A program made the translations under genes and the position numbers. A stretch of DNA of 64,000 nt from the human T2T-CHM13v2.0 reference genome, Homo sapiens. Below the pieces are notes generated by a model that searched no databases, was not told the DNA's origin, and saw only the letters and a program-made list of their open reading frames with translations. Shown in pieces: positions 12,540-25,289 of the stretch. The DNA lies in contig CP086569.2 in NCBI GenBank assembly GCA_009914755.4, positions 21,184,001 to 21,248,000 on the forward strand, written 5' to 3'. Position 1 is the first letter of the stretch. Each line of letters opens with the position of its first letter.

Positions 12540-15500
12540 AGTTTGATCCTTCAGATATTTCCAGAGTTTCTTCCTTCTGGCAGGTTCGTGTTCTTGCTCA
12601 CTTCTTTAATGAAGCTGCAGACCTTACTGGTGAGTATTACAGCACTTAAATGTGTTATGTCCAGAGATTGTTTCTCCAGATGTGTCCAGAGTTTCTTCCT
12701 TCTGGCAGTTTCGTGGTCTTCCTCACTTCAAGAATGAAGCTGCAGACCTTAGTGTTGAGTGTTACAGCACGTAAAGGTGTTATGTCCAGAGTTTGTTCCT
12801 TCAGATGTGTCCAGAGTTACTTCCTTCTGGCAGGTTCATGGTGTTGCTCACTTCAAGAATCAAGCTGCAGACCTTACTGTTGAGTGTTACAGCACTTAAA
12901 GCTGTTATGTCCAGAGTTTGTTCCTTCAGATGTTTCCAGAGTTTCTTCCTTCTGGCAGGTTCGTGGTCTTGCTCACTTCTTTAATGAAGCTACAGACCTT
13001 ACTGGTGAGTGTTACATCACTTAAAGGTGTTATGTCCAGAGTTTGTTCCTTCAGATGTGTCCAGAGTGTCTTCCTTCTGGCAGGTTCATGGTCTTGCTCA
13101 CTTCACTAATGAAGCTGCAGTCCTTACTGGTGAGTGTTACAGCACTTAAAGGTGTTATGTCCAGAGTTTGTTCCTTCAGATGTGTCCAGGGTTTCTGTCT
13201 TCTGGCAGGTTCATGGTCTTCCTCACTTCAAGAATGAAGCTGCCGACCTTAGTGGTGAGTGTTACAGCACTTGAAGGTGTTATGTCCAGAATTCTTTCCT
13301 TCAGATGTGTCCAGCGTTTCTTCCTTCTGGCAGGTTCATGGTCTTCCTCACTTCAAGAATGAAGCTGCAGACCTTACTGTTGAGTGTTACAGCAATTAAA
13401 GTTGTTATATCCAGAGTTTGTTCCTTCAGATGTTTCCAGAGTTTCTTCCTTCTGGCAGGTTCGTGGTCTTGCTCACATCTTTAATGAAGCTGCAGACCTT
13501 ACTGGTGAGTCTTACAGCACTTAAAGGTGTTATGTCCAGATTTTGTTTCTTCAGATGTGTCCAGAGTTTCTTCCTTCTGGCAGTTTCGTGGTCTTCCTCA
13601 CTTCAAGAATGAAGCTGCAGACCTTACTGGTGAGTGTTACTGCACTTTAAGGTGTTATGTCCAGAGTTTGTTCCTTCAGTTGTGTCCAGAGTGTCTTCCT
13701 TCTGGCAGGTTCATGGTCTTGCTCACTTCAAGAATGAAGCTGCAGACCTTACTGGTGAGTGTTACAGCACTTAAAGGTGTTATGTCCAGAGTTTGTTACT
13801 TCACATGTGTCCAGGGTTTCTGTCTTATGGCAGGTACATGGTCTTGCTCACTTCAAGAATGAAGCTGCAGAGCTTACTAGTGAGTGTTACAGCACTTGAA
13901 GGTGTTATGTGCAGAGTTTTTTCCTTCAGATGTGTCCAGAGTTTCTTCCTTCTTGCAGGTTCGTGGTCTTGCTCACTTCCTTAATGAAGCTGCAGACCTT
14001 ACTGGTGAGTGTTACAGCACTTAAAGGTTTTAGGTCCAGAGTTTGTTCCTTCAGATGTGTCCAGTGTTTCTTCCTTCTGGCAGGTTCATGGTCTTGCTCA
14101 CTTCAAGAATGAAGCTGCAGACTTTTGTGGTGAGTGTTACAGCAGTTAAAGTTGTTATGTCCAGAATTTGTTCCTTAAGATGTGTCCAGTGTTTCTTCCT
14201 TCTGGCAGGTTCATGGTCTCGCTCACTTCAAGAATGAAGCTGCAGGCCTTACTGGTGAGTGTTACAGCACTTAAAGGTGTTATGTCCAGAGTTTGTTCCT
14301 TCACATTTGTCCAGGGTTTCTGTCGTATTGCAGGTACATGGTCTTGCTCACTTCAAGAATGAAGCTGCCGAACTTAGGGGTGAGTGTTACAGTACTTAAA
14401 GGTGTTATGTCCAGAGTTTTTTCTTTCAGATGCGTCCAGCGTTTCTTCCTTCTGGCAGGTACATGGTCTTGCTCACTTCAAGAATGAAGCTGCAGACATT
14501 ACTGTTTAGTGTTAAAGCACTTAAAGGTGTTATGTCCAGAGTTTGTTCCTTCAGATGTGTCCAGAGTTTCTTCCTTCTGGCATGTTCATGGTGTTGCTCA
14601 CTTCAAGAATGAAGCTGCAGACCTTAGTGTTGAGTGTTACAGCACTTAAAGGTGTTATGTCCAGGGTTTGTTCCTACAGATGTGTCCAGAGTTTCTTCCT
14701 TCTTGCAGGTTCGTGGTCTTGCTCACTTCCTTAATGAAGCTGCAGACCTTACTGGTGAATGTTACAGCACTTAAATGTGTTATGTCCAGAGTTTGTTCCT
14801 TCAGATGTGTCCAGTGTTTCTTCCTTCTGGCAGGTTCATGGTCTTGCTCACTTCAAGAATGAAGCTGCAGACTTTTGTGGTGAGTGTTACAGCAGTTAAA
14901 GTTGTTATGTCCACAATTTGTTCCTTCAGATGTGTCCAGTGTTTCTTCCCTCTGGCAGGTTCATGGTCTTGCTCACTTCAAGAATGAAGCTGCAGACCTT
15001 ACTGGTGAGTGTTACAGTACTTAAAGCTGTTATGTCCAGAGTTTGATCCTTCAGATGTTTCCAGAGTTTCTTCCTTCTGGCAGGTTCGTGGTATTGCTCA
15101 CTTCTTTAATGAAGCTGCAGACCTTACTGGTGAGTGTTACAGCACTTAAAGGTGTTATGTCCAGAGATTGTTTCTTCAGATGTGTCCAGAGTTTCTTCCT
15201 TCTGGCAGTTTCGTGGTCTTCCTCACTTCAAGAATGAAGCCGCAGACCTTAGTGTTGAGTGTTACAGCACGTAAAGGTGTTATGTCCAGAGTTTGTTCCT
15301 TCAGATGTGTCCAGAGTGTCTTCCTTCTGGCAGGTTCATGGTCTTGCTCACTTCAAGAATGAAGCTGCAGACCTTACTGGTGAGTGTTACAGCACTTAAA
15401 GCTGTTATGTCCAGAGTTTGTTTCTTCAGATGTGTCCAGAATTTCTTCCTTCCGGCAGTTTCGTGGTCTTCCTCACTTCAAGAATGAAGCTGCAGACCTT

Positions 15501-17110
15501 AGTGTTGAGTGTTACAGCACTTAAATGTGTTATGTCCAGAGTTTTTTCCTTCAGATATGTCCAGCGTTTCTTCCTTCTGGCAGGTTCATGGTGTTGCTCA
15601 CTTCAAGAGTGAAGCTGCAGACCTTACTGTTGAGTTTTAAAGCACTTAAAGCTGTTATGTCCAGAGTTTGTTCCTTCAGATGTGTCCAGAGTTTCTTCCT
15701 TCTGGCAGGTTCATGTTCTTGCTCACTTCACTAATGAAGCTGCAGACCTTACTGGTGAGGGTGGCAGCACTTAAAGGTGTTATGACCAGAGTTTGTTCCT
15801 TCAGGTGTGTCCAGGGTTTCTGTCTTCTGGCAGGTTCATCGTCTTGCTCACTTCAAGAATGAAGCTGCCGACCTTTGTGGTGAGTGTTACAGCATTTGGA
15901 GTTGTTATGTCCAGAGTTTTTTCCTTCAGATGTGTCCAGCGTTTCTTCCTACTGGCAGGTTCATGGTCTTGCTCACTTCAAGAATGAAGCTGCAGACCTT
16001 ACTATTGAGTGTTAAAGCACTTAAAGGTGTTATATCCAGAGTTTGATCCTTCAGATGTGTCCAGAGTTTCTTCCTTCTGGCAGGTTCATGGTGTTGCTCA
16101 ATTCAAGAATGAAGCTGCAGACCTTAGTGTTGAGTGTTACAGCACTTAAAGGTGTTATGTCCAGAGTTTGTTCCTTCAGATGTGTCCAGAGTTTCTTCCT
16201 TCTTGGAGGTTCGTGGTCTTGTTCACTTCCTTAATGAAGCTGCAGACCTTACCGGTGAGTGTTACAGCACATAAAGGTGTTATGTCCAGAGTTTGTTCCT
16301 TCAGATGTGTCCAGGGTTTCTGTCTTCTGGCAGGATCATGGTCTTGCTCATTGAAGAATGAAGCTGCCGACCTTAGTGGTGAGTGTTACAGCATTTAAAG
16401 GTGTTATGTCCAGACTTTGTTCCTTCAGATATGTCCAGAGTTTCTTCCTTCTGGCAGGTTCATTGTCTTGCTCATTTCAAGAATGAAACTGCAGACTTTA
16501 GTGGTGAGTGTTACAGCACTTAAAGTTGTTATGTCCAGAGTTTGTTCCTTCAGATGTGTCCAGAGTGTCTTCCTTCTGGCAGCTTCATGGTCTTGCTCAC
16601 TTCACTAATGAAGCTGCAGACCTTACTGGTGAGTGTTACAGCACTTAAAGATGTTATGTCCAGAGTTTGTTCCTTCAGATGTGTCCAGGGTTTCTGTCTT
16701 CTGGCAGGTTCATGTTATGGCTCACTTCAAGAATGAAGCTGCAGACCTTAGTGGTGAGAGTTACAGCACTTAAAGGTGTTATGTCCAGAGTTTTTTCCTA
16801 CAGATGTGTCCAGCGTTTCTTCCTTCTGGCAGGTTCATAGTCTTGCTCACTTCAAGAATGAAGCTGCAGACCTTACTGTTGAGTGTTAAGGCACTTAAAG
16901 GTGTTATGTCCAGAGTTTGTTCCTTCAGACGTGTCCAGAGTTTCTTCCTTCTGGCAGGTTCGTGGTGTTGCTCACTTCCAGAATGAAGCTGCAGACCTTA
17001 GTGTTGAGTGTTACAACACTTAAAGGTGTTATGTCCAGAGTTTTTTCCTTCAGATATATCCAGCGCTTCTTCCTTCTGGCAGGTTCATGGTCTTGCACAC
17101 TTCAAGAATG
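12540..17110. repeat. Copy 1 of a long-range duplicated block of about 4.6 kb (partner at 25290-30365).
   Basis: The ORF offset to the partner grows in 125- or 250-bp steps. It is 12751 at 12543/25294, 13168/25919 and 13418/26169. It is 12876 at 14293/27169, 14543/27419 and 15043/27919. It is 13001 at 15418/28419. It is 13251-13252 at 15668/28919, 15793/29044, 16417/29669, 16542/29794, 16804/30056 and 16917/30169. Confidence 0.7.
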
Positions 17111-20100
17111 AAGCTGCAGACCTTACTGTTGAGTTTTAAAGCACTTAAATTTGTTATGTCCAGAGTTTGTTCCTTCAGATGTGTCCAGAGGTTCTTCCTT
17201 CTGGCAGGTTCATGGTGTTGCTCACTTCAAGAATGAAGCTGCAGACCTTAGTGGTGAGTGTTACAGCACTTAAAGGTGTTATGTCCTGAGTTTGTTCCTT
17301 CAGATGTGTCAAGAGTTTCTTCCTTCTTGCAGGTTCGTGGTCTTGCTCACTTCCTTAATGAAGCTGCAGACCTTACTGGTGAATGTTACAGCACTTAAAG
17401 GTGTTATGTCCAGAGTTTGTTCCTCCAGATGTGTCCAGGGTTTCTGTCTTCTGGCAGTTTCATGGTGTTGCTCACTTCAAGAATGAAGCTGCAGTCCTTA
17501 GTGTTGAGTGTTACAGCACTTAAAGGTGTTATGTCCAGAGTTTGTTCCTTCAGATGATTCCAGAGTTTCTTCCTTCTTGCAGGTTCGTGGTCTTGCTCAC
17601 TTCCTTAATGAAGCTGCAGACCTTACTGGTGAGTGTTACAGCACTTAAAGGTTTTAGGTCCAGAGTTTGTTCCTTCAGATGTGTCCAGTGTTTCTTCCTT
17701 CTGGCAGGTTCATGGTCTTGCTCACTTCAAGAATGAAGCTGCAGACTTTGTGGTGAGTGTTACAGCAGTTAAAGTTGTTATGTCCAGAATTTGTTCCTTC
17801 AGATGTGTCCAGTGTTTCTTCCTTCTGGCAGGTTCATGGTCTTGCTCACTTCAAGAATGAAGCTGCAGGCCTTGCTGCTGAGTGTTACAGCACTTAAAGC
17901 TCATATGTCCAGAGTTTGTTCCTTCAGATGTTTCCAGAGTTTCTTCCTTCTGGCACGTTCGTGGTCTTGCTCACTTCTTTAATGAAGCTGCAGACCTTAC
18001 TTGTGAGTGTTACAGCACTTAAATGTGTTATGTCCAGAGTTTGTTTCTTCAGATGTGTCCAGAGTTTCTTCTTTCTGGCAGTTTCGTGGTCTTCCTCACT
18101 TCAAGAATGAAGCTGCAGACCTTACTGGTGAGTGTTACAGCACTTAAAGTTGTTATGTCCAGAGTTTGTTCCTTCAGATGTGTCCAGGGTTTCTATCTTC
18201 TGGCAGGTTCATGGTGTTGCTCACTTCAAGAATGAATCTGCCGACCTTAGTGGTGAGTTTTACAGCACTTAAAGGTGTTATGTCCAGAGTTTTTTCCTTC
18301 AGATATGTCCAGCGTTTCTTCCTTCTGGCAGGTTCATGGTCTTGCTCATTTCAAGAATGAAGCTGCAGACTTTTACGGTGAGTGTTACAGCACTTAAAGG
18401 TGTTTTGTCCAGAGTTTGTTGCTTCAGATGTGTCCAGAGTTTCTTTCTTCTGGCAGGTTCATGGTGTTGCTCACTTCAAGAATGAAGCTGCAGACCTTAC
18501 TGGTGAGTGTTACAGCACTTAAAGCTGTTATGTCCAGAGTTTGTTCCTTCATATGTTTCCAGAGTTTCTTCCTTCTGGCAGGTTCGTGGTCTTGCTCACT
18601 TCTTTAATGAAGCTGCAGACCTTACTGGTGAGTGTTACAGCACTTAAAGTTGTTATGTCCAGAGTTTGTTTCTTCAGATGTGTCCAGAGATTCTTCCTTC
18701 TGGCAGTTTCCTGGTCTTCCTCACTTCAAGAATGAAGCTGCAGACTTTACTGGTGAGTGTTACAGCACTTAAAGTTGTTATGTCCAGAGTTTGTTCCTTC
18801 AGATGTGTCCAGAGTGTCTTCCTTCTGGCATGTTCATGGTCTTGCTCACTTCACTAATGAAGCTGCAGACCTTACTGGTGAGGGTTACAGTACTTAAAGG
18901 TGTTATGTACAGAGTTTGTTCCTTCAGATGTGTCCAGGGTTTCTGTCTTCTGGCAGGTTCATGGTCTTGCTCAATTCAAGAATGAAGCTGCCGATATTAG
19001 TGGTGAGTGTTACAGCACTTAAAGGTGTTATGTCCAGTGTTTGTTCTTTCAGATGTGTCCAGAGTTTCTTCCTTCTTGCAGGTTCGTGGTCTGGCTCACT
19101 TCCTTAATGAAGCTGCAGACCTTAATGGTGAGTGTTACAGCACTTAAAGGTGTTATGTCCAGAGTTTTTTTCCTTCAGATGTGTCCTGAGTGTCTTCATT
19201 CTGGCAGGTTCATGGTCTTGCTCACTTCACTAATGAAGCTGCAGACCTTACTGGTGAGTGTTACAGCACTTAAAGGTGTTATGTCCAGAGTTTGTTCCTT
19301 CAGATGTGTCCAGGGTTTCTGTCTTCTGGCAGGTACATGGTCTTCCTCACTTCAAGAATGAAGCTGCCGAACTTATTGGTGAGTGTTACAGTACTTAAAG
19401 GTGTTATGTCCAGAGTTTTTTCCTTCAGATGTGTCCAGCGTTTCTTCCTTTTGGCAGGTTCATGGTCTTGCTCACTTCAAGAATGAAGCTGCAGACCATA
19501 CTCTTTAGTGTTAAAGCACTTCAAGGTGTTATGTCCAGAGTTTGTTCCTTCAGATGTGTCCAGAGTTTCTTCCTTCTGGCATGTTCATGTTGTTGCTCAC
19601 TTCAAGAATGAAGCTGCAGACCTTAGTGTTGAGTGTTACAGCACTTAAAGGTGTTATGTCCAGTGTTTGTTCCTTCAGATGTGTCCAGAGTTTCTTCCTT
19701 CTTGCATGTTCGTGGTCTTGCTCACTTCCTTAATGAAGCTGCAGACCTTACTGGTGAGTGTTACAGCACTTAAAGGTGTTATGTCCAGAGTTTGTTCCTT
19801 CAGATGTGTCCAGAGTTACATCCTTCTGGCAGGTTCATGGTGTTGCTCACTTCAAGAATCAAGCTGCAGACCTTACTGGTGAGTGTTACAGCACTTAAAG
19901 CTGTTATGTCCAGAGTTTGTTCCTTCAGATGTTTCCAGAGTTTCTTCCTTCTGGCAGTTTCGTGGTCTTGCTCACTTCTTTAATGAAGCTGCAGACCTTA
20001 CTGGTGAGTGTTACAGCACTTAAAGGTGTTATGTCCAGAGTTTGTTCCTTCAGATGTGTCCAGAGTGTCTTCCTTCTGGCAGGTTCGTGGTCTTGCTCAC

Positions 20101-20659
20101 TTCACTAATGAAGCTGCAGACCTTACTGGTGAGTATTACAGCACTTAAAGGTGTTATGTCCAGAGTTTGTTCCTTCAGATGTGTCCAGGGTTTCTGTCTT
20201 CTGGCAGGTTCATGGTCTTCCTCACTTCAAGAATGAAGCTGCCGACCTTAGTGTTGAGTGTTACAGCACTTGAAGGTGTTATGTCCAGAGTTCTTTCCTT
20301 CAGATGTGTCCAGCGTTTCTTCCTTCTGGCAGGTTCATGGTCTTCCTCACTTCAAGAATGAAGCTGCAGACCTTACTGGTGAGTGTTACAGCAATTAAAG
20401 TTGTTATATCCAGAGTTTGTTCCTTCAGATGTTTCCAGAGTTTCTTCCTTCTGGCAGGTTCGTCTTCTTGCTCACTTCTTTAATGAAGCTGCAGACCTTA
20501 CTGGTGAGTGTTACAGCACTTAAAGGTGTTAGGTCCAGAGTTTGTTTCTTCAGATGTGTCCAGAGTTTCTTCCTTCTGGCAGTTTCGTGGTCTTCCTCAC
20601 TTCAAGAATGAAGCTGCAGACCTTACTGGTGAGTGTTACAGCACTTTAAGGTGTTATGT

Positions 20660-23600
20660 CCAGAGTTTGTTCCTTCAGATGTGTCCAGAGTGTCTTCCTT
20701 CTGGCAGGTTCATGGTCTTGCTCACTTCACTAATGAAGCTGCAGACCTTACTGGTGATTGTTACAGCACTTAAAGGTGTTATGTCCAGAGTTTGTTCCTT
20801 CAGATGTGTCCAGGGTTTCTGTCTTCTGGCAGGTTCATGGACTTCCTCACTTCAAGAATGAAGCTGCCGACCTTAGTGGTGAGTGTTACAGCACTTGAAG
20901 TTGTTATGTCCAGAGTTCTTTCCTTCAGATGTGTCCAGCGTTTCTTCCTTCTGGCAGGTTCATGGTCTTCCTCACTTCAAGAATGAAGCTGCAGACCTTA
21001 CTGGTGAGTGTTACAGCAATTAAAGTTGTTATATCCAGAGTTTGTTCCTTCAGATGTTTCCAGAGTTTCTTCCTTCTGGCAGGTTCGTGGTGTTGCTCAC
21101 TTCTTTAATGAAGCTGCAGACCTTACTGGTGAGTGTTACAGCACTTAAAGGTGTTATGTCCAGAGTTTGTTTCTTCAGATGTGTCCAGAGTTTCTTCCTT
21201 CTGGCAGTTTCGTGGTCTTCCTCACTTCAAGAATGAAGCTGCAGACCTTACTGGTGAGTGTTACAGCACTTTAAGGTGTTATGTCCAGAGTTTCTTCCTT
21301 CAGATGTGTCCAGAGTGTCTTCCTTCTGGCAGGTTCATGGTCTTACTCACTTCAAGAATGAAGCTGCAGACCTTACTGGTGAGTGTTACAGCACTTAAAG
21401 GTGTTATGTCCAGAGATTTTTCCTTCAGATGTGTCCAGGGTTTCTGTCTTCTGGCAGGTTCATGGTCTTGCTCACTTCCAGAATGAAGCTGCAGACTTTA
21501 GTGGTGAGTGTTACAGCACTTAAAGTTGTTATGTCCAGAGTTTTTTCCTTCAGATGTGTCCAGCGTTTCTTCCTTCTGGCAGGTTCATGGTCTTGCTCAC
21601 TTCAAGAATGAAGCTGCAGACCTTACTGTTGAGTGTTAAAGCACTTAAAGGTGTTATATCCAGATTTTGTTCCTTCAGATGTGTACAGAGTTTCTTCCTT
21701 CTGGCAGGTTCATGGTGTTGCTCACTTCAACAATGAAGCTGCAGACCTTACTGTTGAGTGTTACAGCACTTAAAAGTGTTATGTCCAGAGTTTTTTCCTT
21801 CAGATGTGTCCAGAGTTTCTTCCTTCTGGCAGGTTCGTGGTCTTGCTCACTTCCTTAATGAAGCTGCAGACCTTACTGGTGAGTGTTACAGCACTTAAAG
21901 GTGTTATGTCCAGAGTTTGTTCCTTCAGATGTGTCCAGTGTTTCTTCCTTCTGGCAGGTTCATGGTGTTGCTCACTTCAAGAATGAAGCTGCAGACCTTA
22001 CTGGTGAGTGTTACAGCACTTGAATGTGTTATGTGCAGAGTTTTTTCCTTCAGATGTGTCCAGAGTTTCTTCCTTCTTGCAGGTTCGTGGTCTTGCTCAC
22101 TTCCTTAATGAAGCTGTAGACCTTAATGGTGAGTGTTACAGCACTTCAAGGTGTTATGTCCAGAGTTTTTTCCTTCAGATGTGTCCTGAGTGTCTTCCTT
22201 CTGGCAGGTTCATGGTCTTGCTCACTTCACTAACGAAGCTGCAGACCTTACTGGTGAGTGTTACAGCACTTAAAGGTGTTATGTCCACAGTTTGTTCCTT
22301 CAGATGTGTCCAGGGTTTCTGTCTTCTGGCAGGTACATGGTCTTGCTCACTTCAAGAATGAAGCTGCCGAACTTAGTGGTGAGTGTTACAGCACTTAAAG
22401 GTGTTATGTCCAGTGTTTGTTCCTTCAGATGTGTCCAGAGTTTCTTCCTTCTTGCAGGTTCGTGGTCTGGCTCACTTCCTTAATGAAGCTGCAGACCTTA
22501 ATGGTGAGTGTTACAGCACTTAAAGGTGTTATGTCCAGAGTTTTTTTCCTTCAGATGTGTCCTGAGTGTCTTCCTTCTGGCAGGTTCATGGTCTTGCTCA
22601 CTTCACTAATGAAGCTGCAGACCTTACTGGTGAGTGTTACAGCACTTAAAGGTGTTATGTCCAGAGTTTGTTCCTTCAGATGTGTCCAGGGTTTCTGTCT
22701 TCTGGCAGGTTCATGGACTTCCTCACTTCAAGAATGAAGCTGCCGACCTTAGTGGTGAGTGTTACAGCACTTGAAGTTGTTATGTCCAGAGTTCTTTCCT
22801 TCAGATGTGTCCAGCGTTTCTTCCTTCTGGCAGGTTCATGGTCTTCCTCACTTCAAGAATGAAGCTGCAGACCTTACTGGTGAGTGTTACAGCAATTAAA
22901 GTTGTTATATCCAGAGTTTGTTCCTTCAGATGTTTCCAGAGTTTCTTCCTTCTGGCAGGTTCGTGGTGTTGCTCACTTCTTTAATGAAGCTGCAGACCTT
23001 ACTGGTGAGTGTTACAGCACTTAAAGGTGTTATGTCCAGAGTTTGTTTCTTCAGATGTGTCCAGAGTTTCTTCCTTCTGGCAGTTTCGTGGTCTTCCTCA
23101 CTTCAAGAATGAAGCTGCAGACCTTACTGGTGAGTGTTACAGCACTTTAAGGTGTTATGTCCAGAGTTTCTTCCTTCAGATGTGTCCAGAGTGTCTTCCT
23201 TCTGGCAGGTTCATGGTCTTACTCACTTCAAGAATGAAGCTGCAGACCTTACTGGTGAGTGTTACAGCACTTAAAGGTGTTATGTCCAGAGATTTTTCCT
23301 TCAGATGTGTCCAGGGTTTCTGTCTTCTGGCAGGTTCATGGTCTTGCTCACTTCCAGAATGAAGCTGCAGACTTTAGTGGTGAGTGTTACAGCACTTAAA
23401 GTTGTTATGTCCAGAGTTTTTTCCTTCAGATGTGTCCAGCGTTTCTTCCTTCTGGCAGGTTCATGGTCTTGCTCACTTCAAGAATGAAGCTGCAGACCTT
23501 ACTGTTGAGTGTTAAAGCACTTAAAGGTGTTATATCCAGATTTTGTTCCTTCAGATGTGTACAGAGTTTCTTCCTTCTGGCAGGTTCATGGTGTTGCTCA

Positions 23601-24540
23601 CTTCAACAATGAAGCTGCAGACCTTACTGTTGAGTGTTACAGCACTTAAAAGTGTTATGTCCAGAGTTTGTTCCTTCAGATGTGTCCAGAGTTTCTTCCT
23701 TCTGGCAGGTTCGTGGTCTTGCTCACTTCCTTAATGAAGCTGCAGACCTTACTGGTGAGTGTTACAGCACTTAAAGGTGTTATGTCCAGAGTTTGTTCCT
23801 TCAGATGTGTCCAGTGTTTCTTCCTTCTGGCAGGTTCATGGTGTTGCTCACTTCAAGAATGAAGCTGCAGACCTTACTGGTGAGTGTTACAGCACTTGAA
23901 TGTGTTATGTGCAGAGTTTTTTCCTTCAGATGTGTCCAGAGTTTCTTCCTTCTTGCAGGTTCGTGGTCTTGCTCACTTCCTTAATGAAGCTGTAGACCTT
24001 AATGGTGAGTGTTACAGCACTTCAAGGTGTTATGTCCAGAGTTTTTTCCTTCAGATGTGTCCTGAGTGTCTTCCTTCTGGCAGGTTCATGGTCTTGCTCA
24101 CTTCACTAACGAAGCTGCAGACCTTACTGGTGAGTGTTACAGCACTTAAAGGTGTTATGTCCACAGTTTGTTCCTTCAGATGTGTCCAGGGTTTCTGTCT
24201 TCTGGCAGGCACATGGTCTTGCTCACTTCAAGAATGAAGCTGCCGAACTTAGTGGTGAGTGTTACAGCACTTAAAGGTGTTATGTCCAGTGTTTGTTCCT
24301 TCAGATGTGTCCAGAGTTTCTTCCTTCTTGCAGGTTCGTGGTCTGGCTCACTTCCTTAATGAAGCTGCAGACCTTAATGGTGAGTGTTACAGCACTTAAA
24401 GGTGTTATGTCCAGAGTTTTTTTCCTTCAGATGTGTCCTGAGTGTCTTCCTTCTGGCAGGTTCATGGTCTTGCTCACTTCACTAATGAAGCTGCAGACCT
24501 TACTGGTGAGTGTTACAGCACTTAAAGGTGTTATGTCCAG
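20660..24540. repeat. Two copies of a 15-monomer (1876-bp) higher-order unit.
   Basis: ORF pairs 20792/22668, 21042/22918, 21133/23009, 21429/23305, 21554/23430, 21667/23543, 21917/23793, 22008/23884, 22292/24168 and 22417/24293 are identical or near-identical at offset 1876. Confidence 0.8.
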
Positions 24541-25289
24541 AGTTTGTTCCTTCAGATGTGTCCAGGGTTTCTGTCTTCTGGCAGGTACATGGTCTTGCTC
24601 ACTTCAAGAATGAAGCTGCCGAACTTAGTGGTGAGTGTTACAGTACTTAAAGGTGTTATGTCCAGAGTTTTTTCCTTCAGATGTGTCCAGCGTTTCTTCC
24701 TTCTGGCAGGTTCATGGTCTTGCTCACTTCAAGAATGAAGCTGCAGACCATACTCTTTAGTGTTAAAGCACTTCAAGGTGTTATGTCCAGAGTTTGTTCC
24801 TTCAGATGTGTCCAGAGTTTCTTCCTTCTGGCATGTTCATGGTGTTGCTCACTTCAAGAATGAAGCTGCAGACCTTAGTGTTCAGTGTTACAGCACTTAA
24901 ACGTGTTATGTCCAGTGTTTGTTCCTTCAGATGTGTCCAGAGTTTCTTCCTTCTTGCAGGTTCGTGGTCTTGCTCACTTCCTTAATGAAGCTGCAGACCT
25001 TACTGGTGAGTGTTACAGCACTTAAAGGTGTTATGTCCAGAGTTTCTTCCTTCAGATGTGTCCAGTGTTTCTTCCTTCTGGCAGGTTCATGGTCTTGCTC
25101 ACTTCAAGAATGAAGCTGCAGACTTTTGTGGTGGGTGTTACAGCATTTAAAGTTGTTATGTCCACAATTTGTTCCTTCAGATGTGTCTAGTGTTTCTTCC
25201 TTCTGGGAGTTTCATGGTCTTGCTCACTTCAAGAATGAAGTTGCAGACTTTACTGGTGAGTGTTACAGTACTTAAAGCTGTTATGTCCA

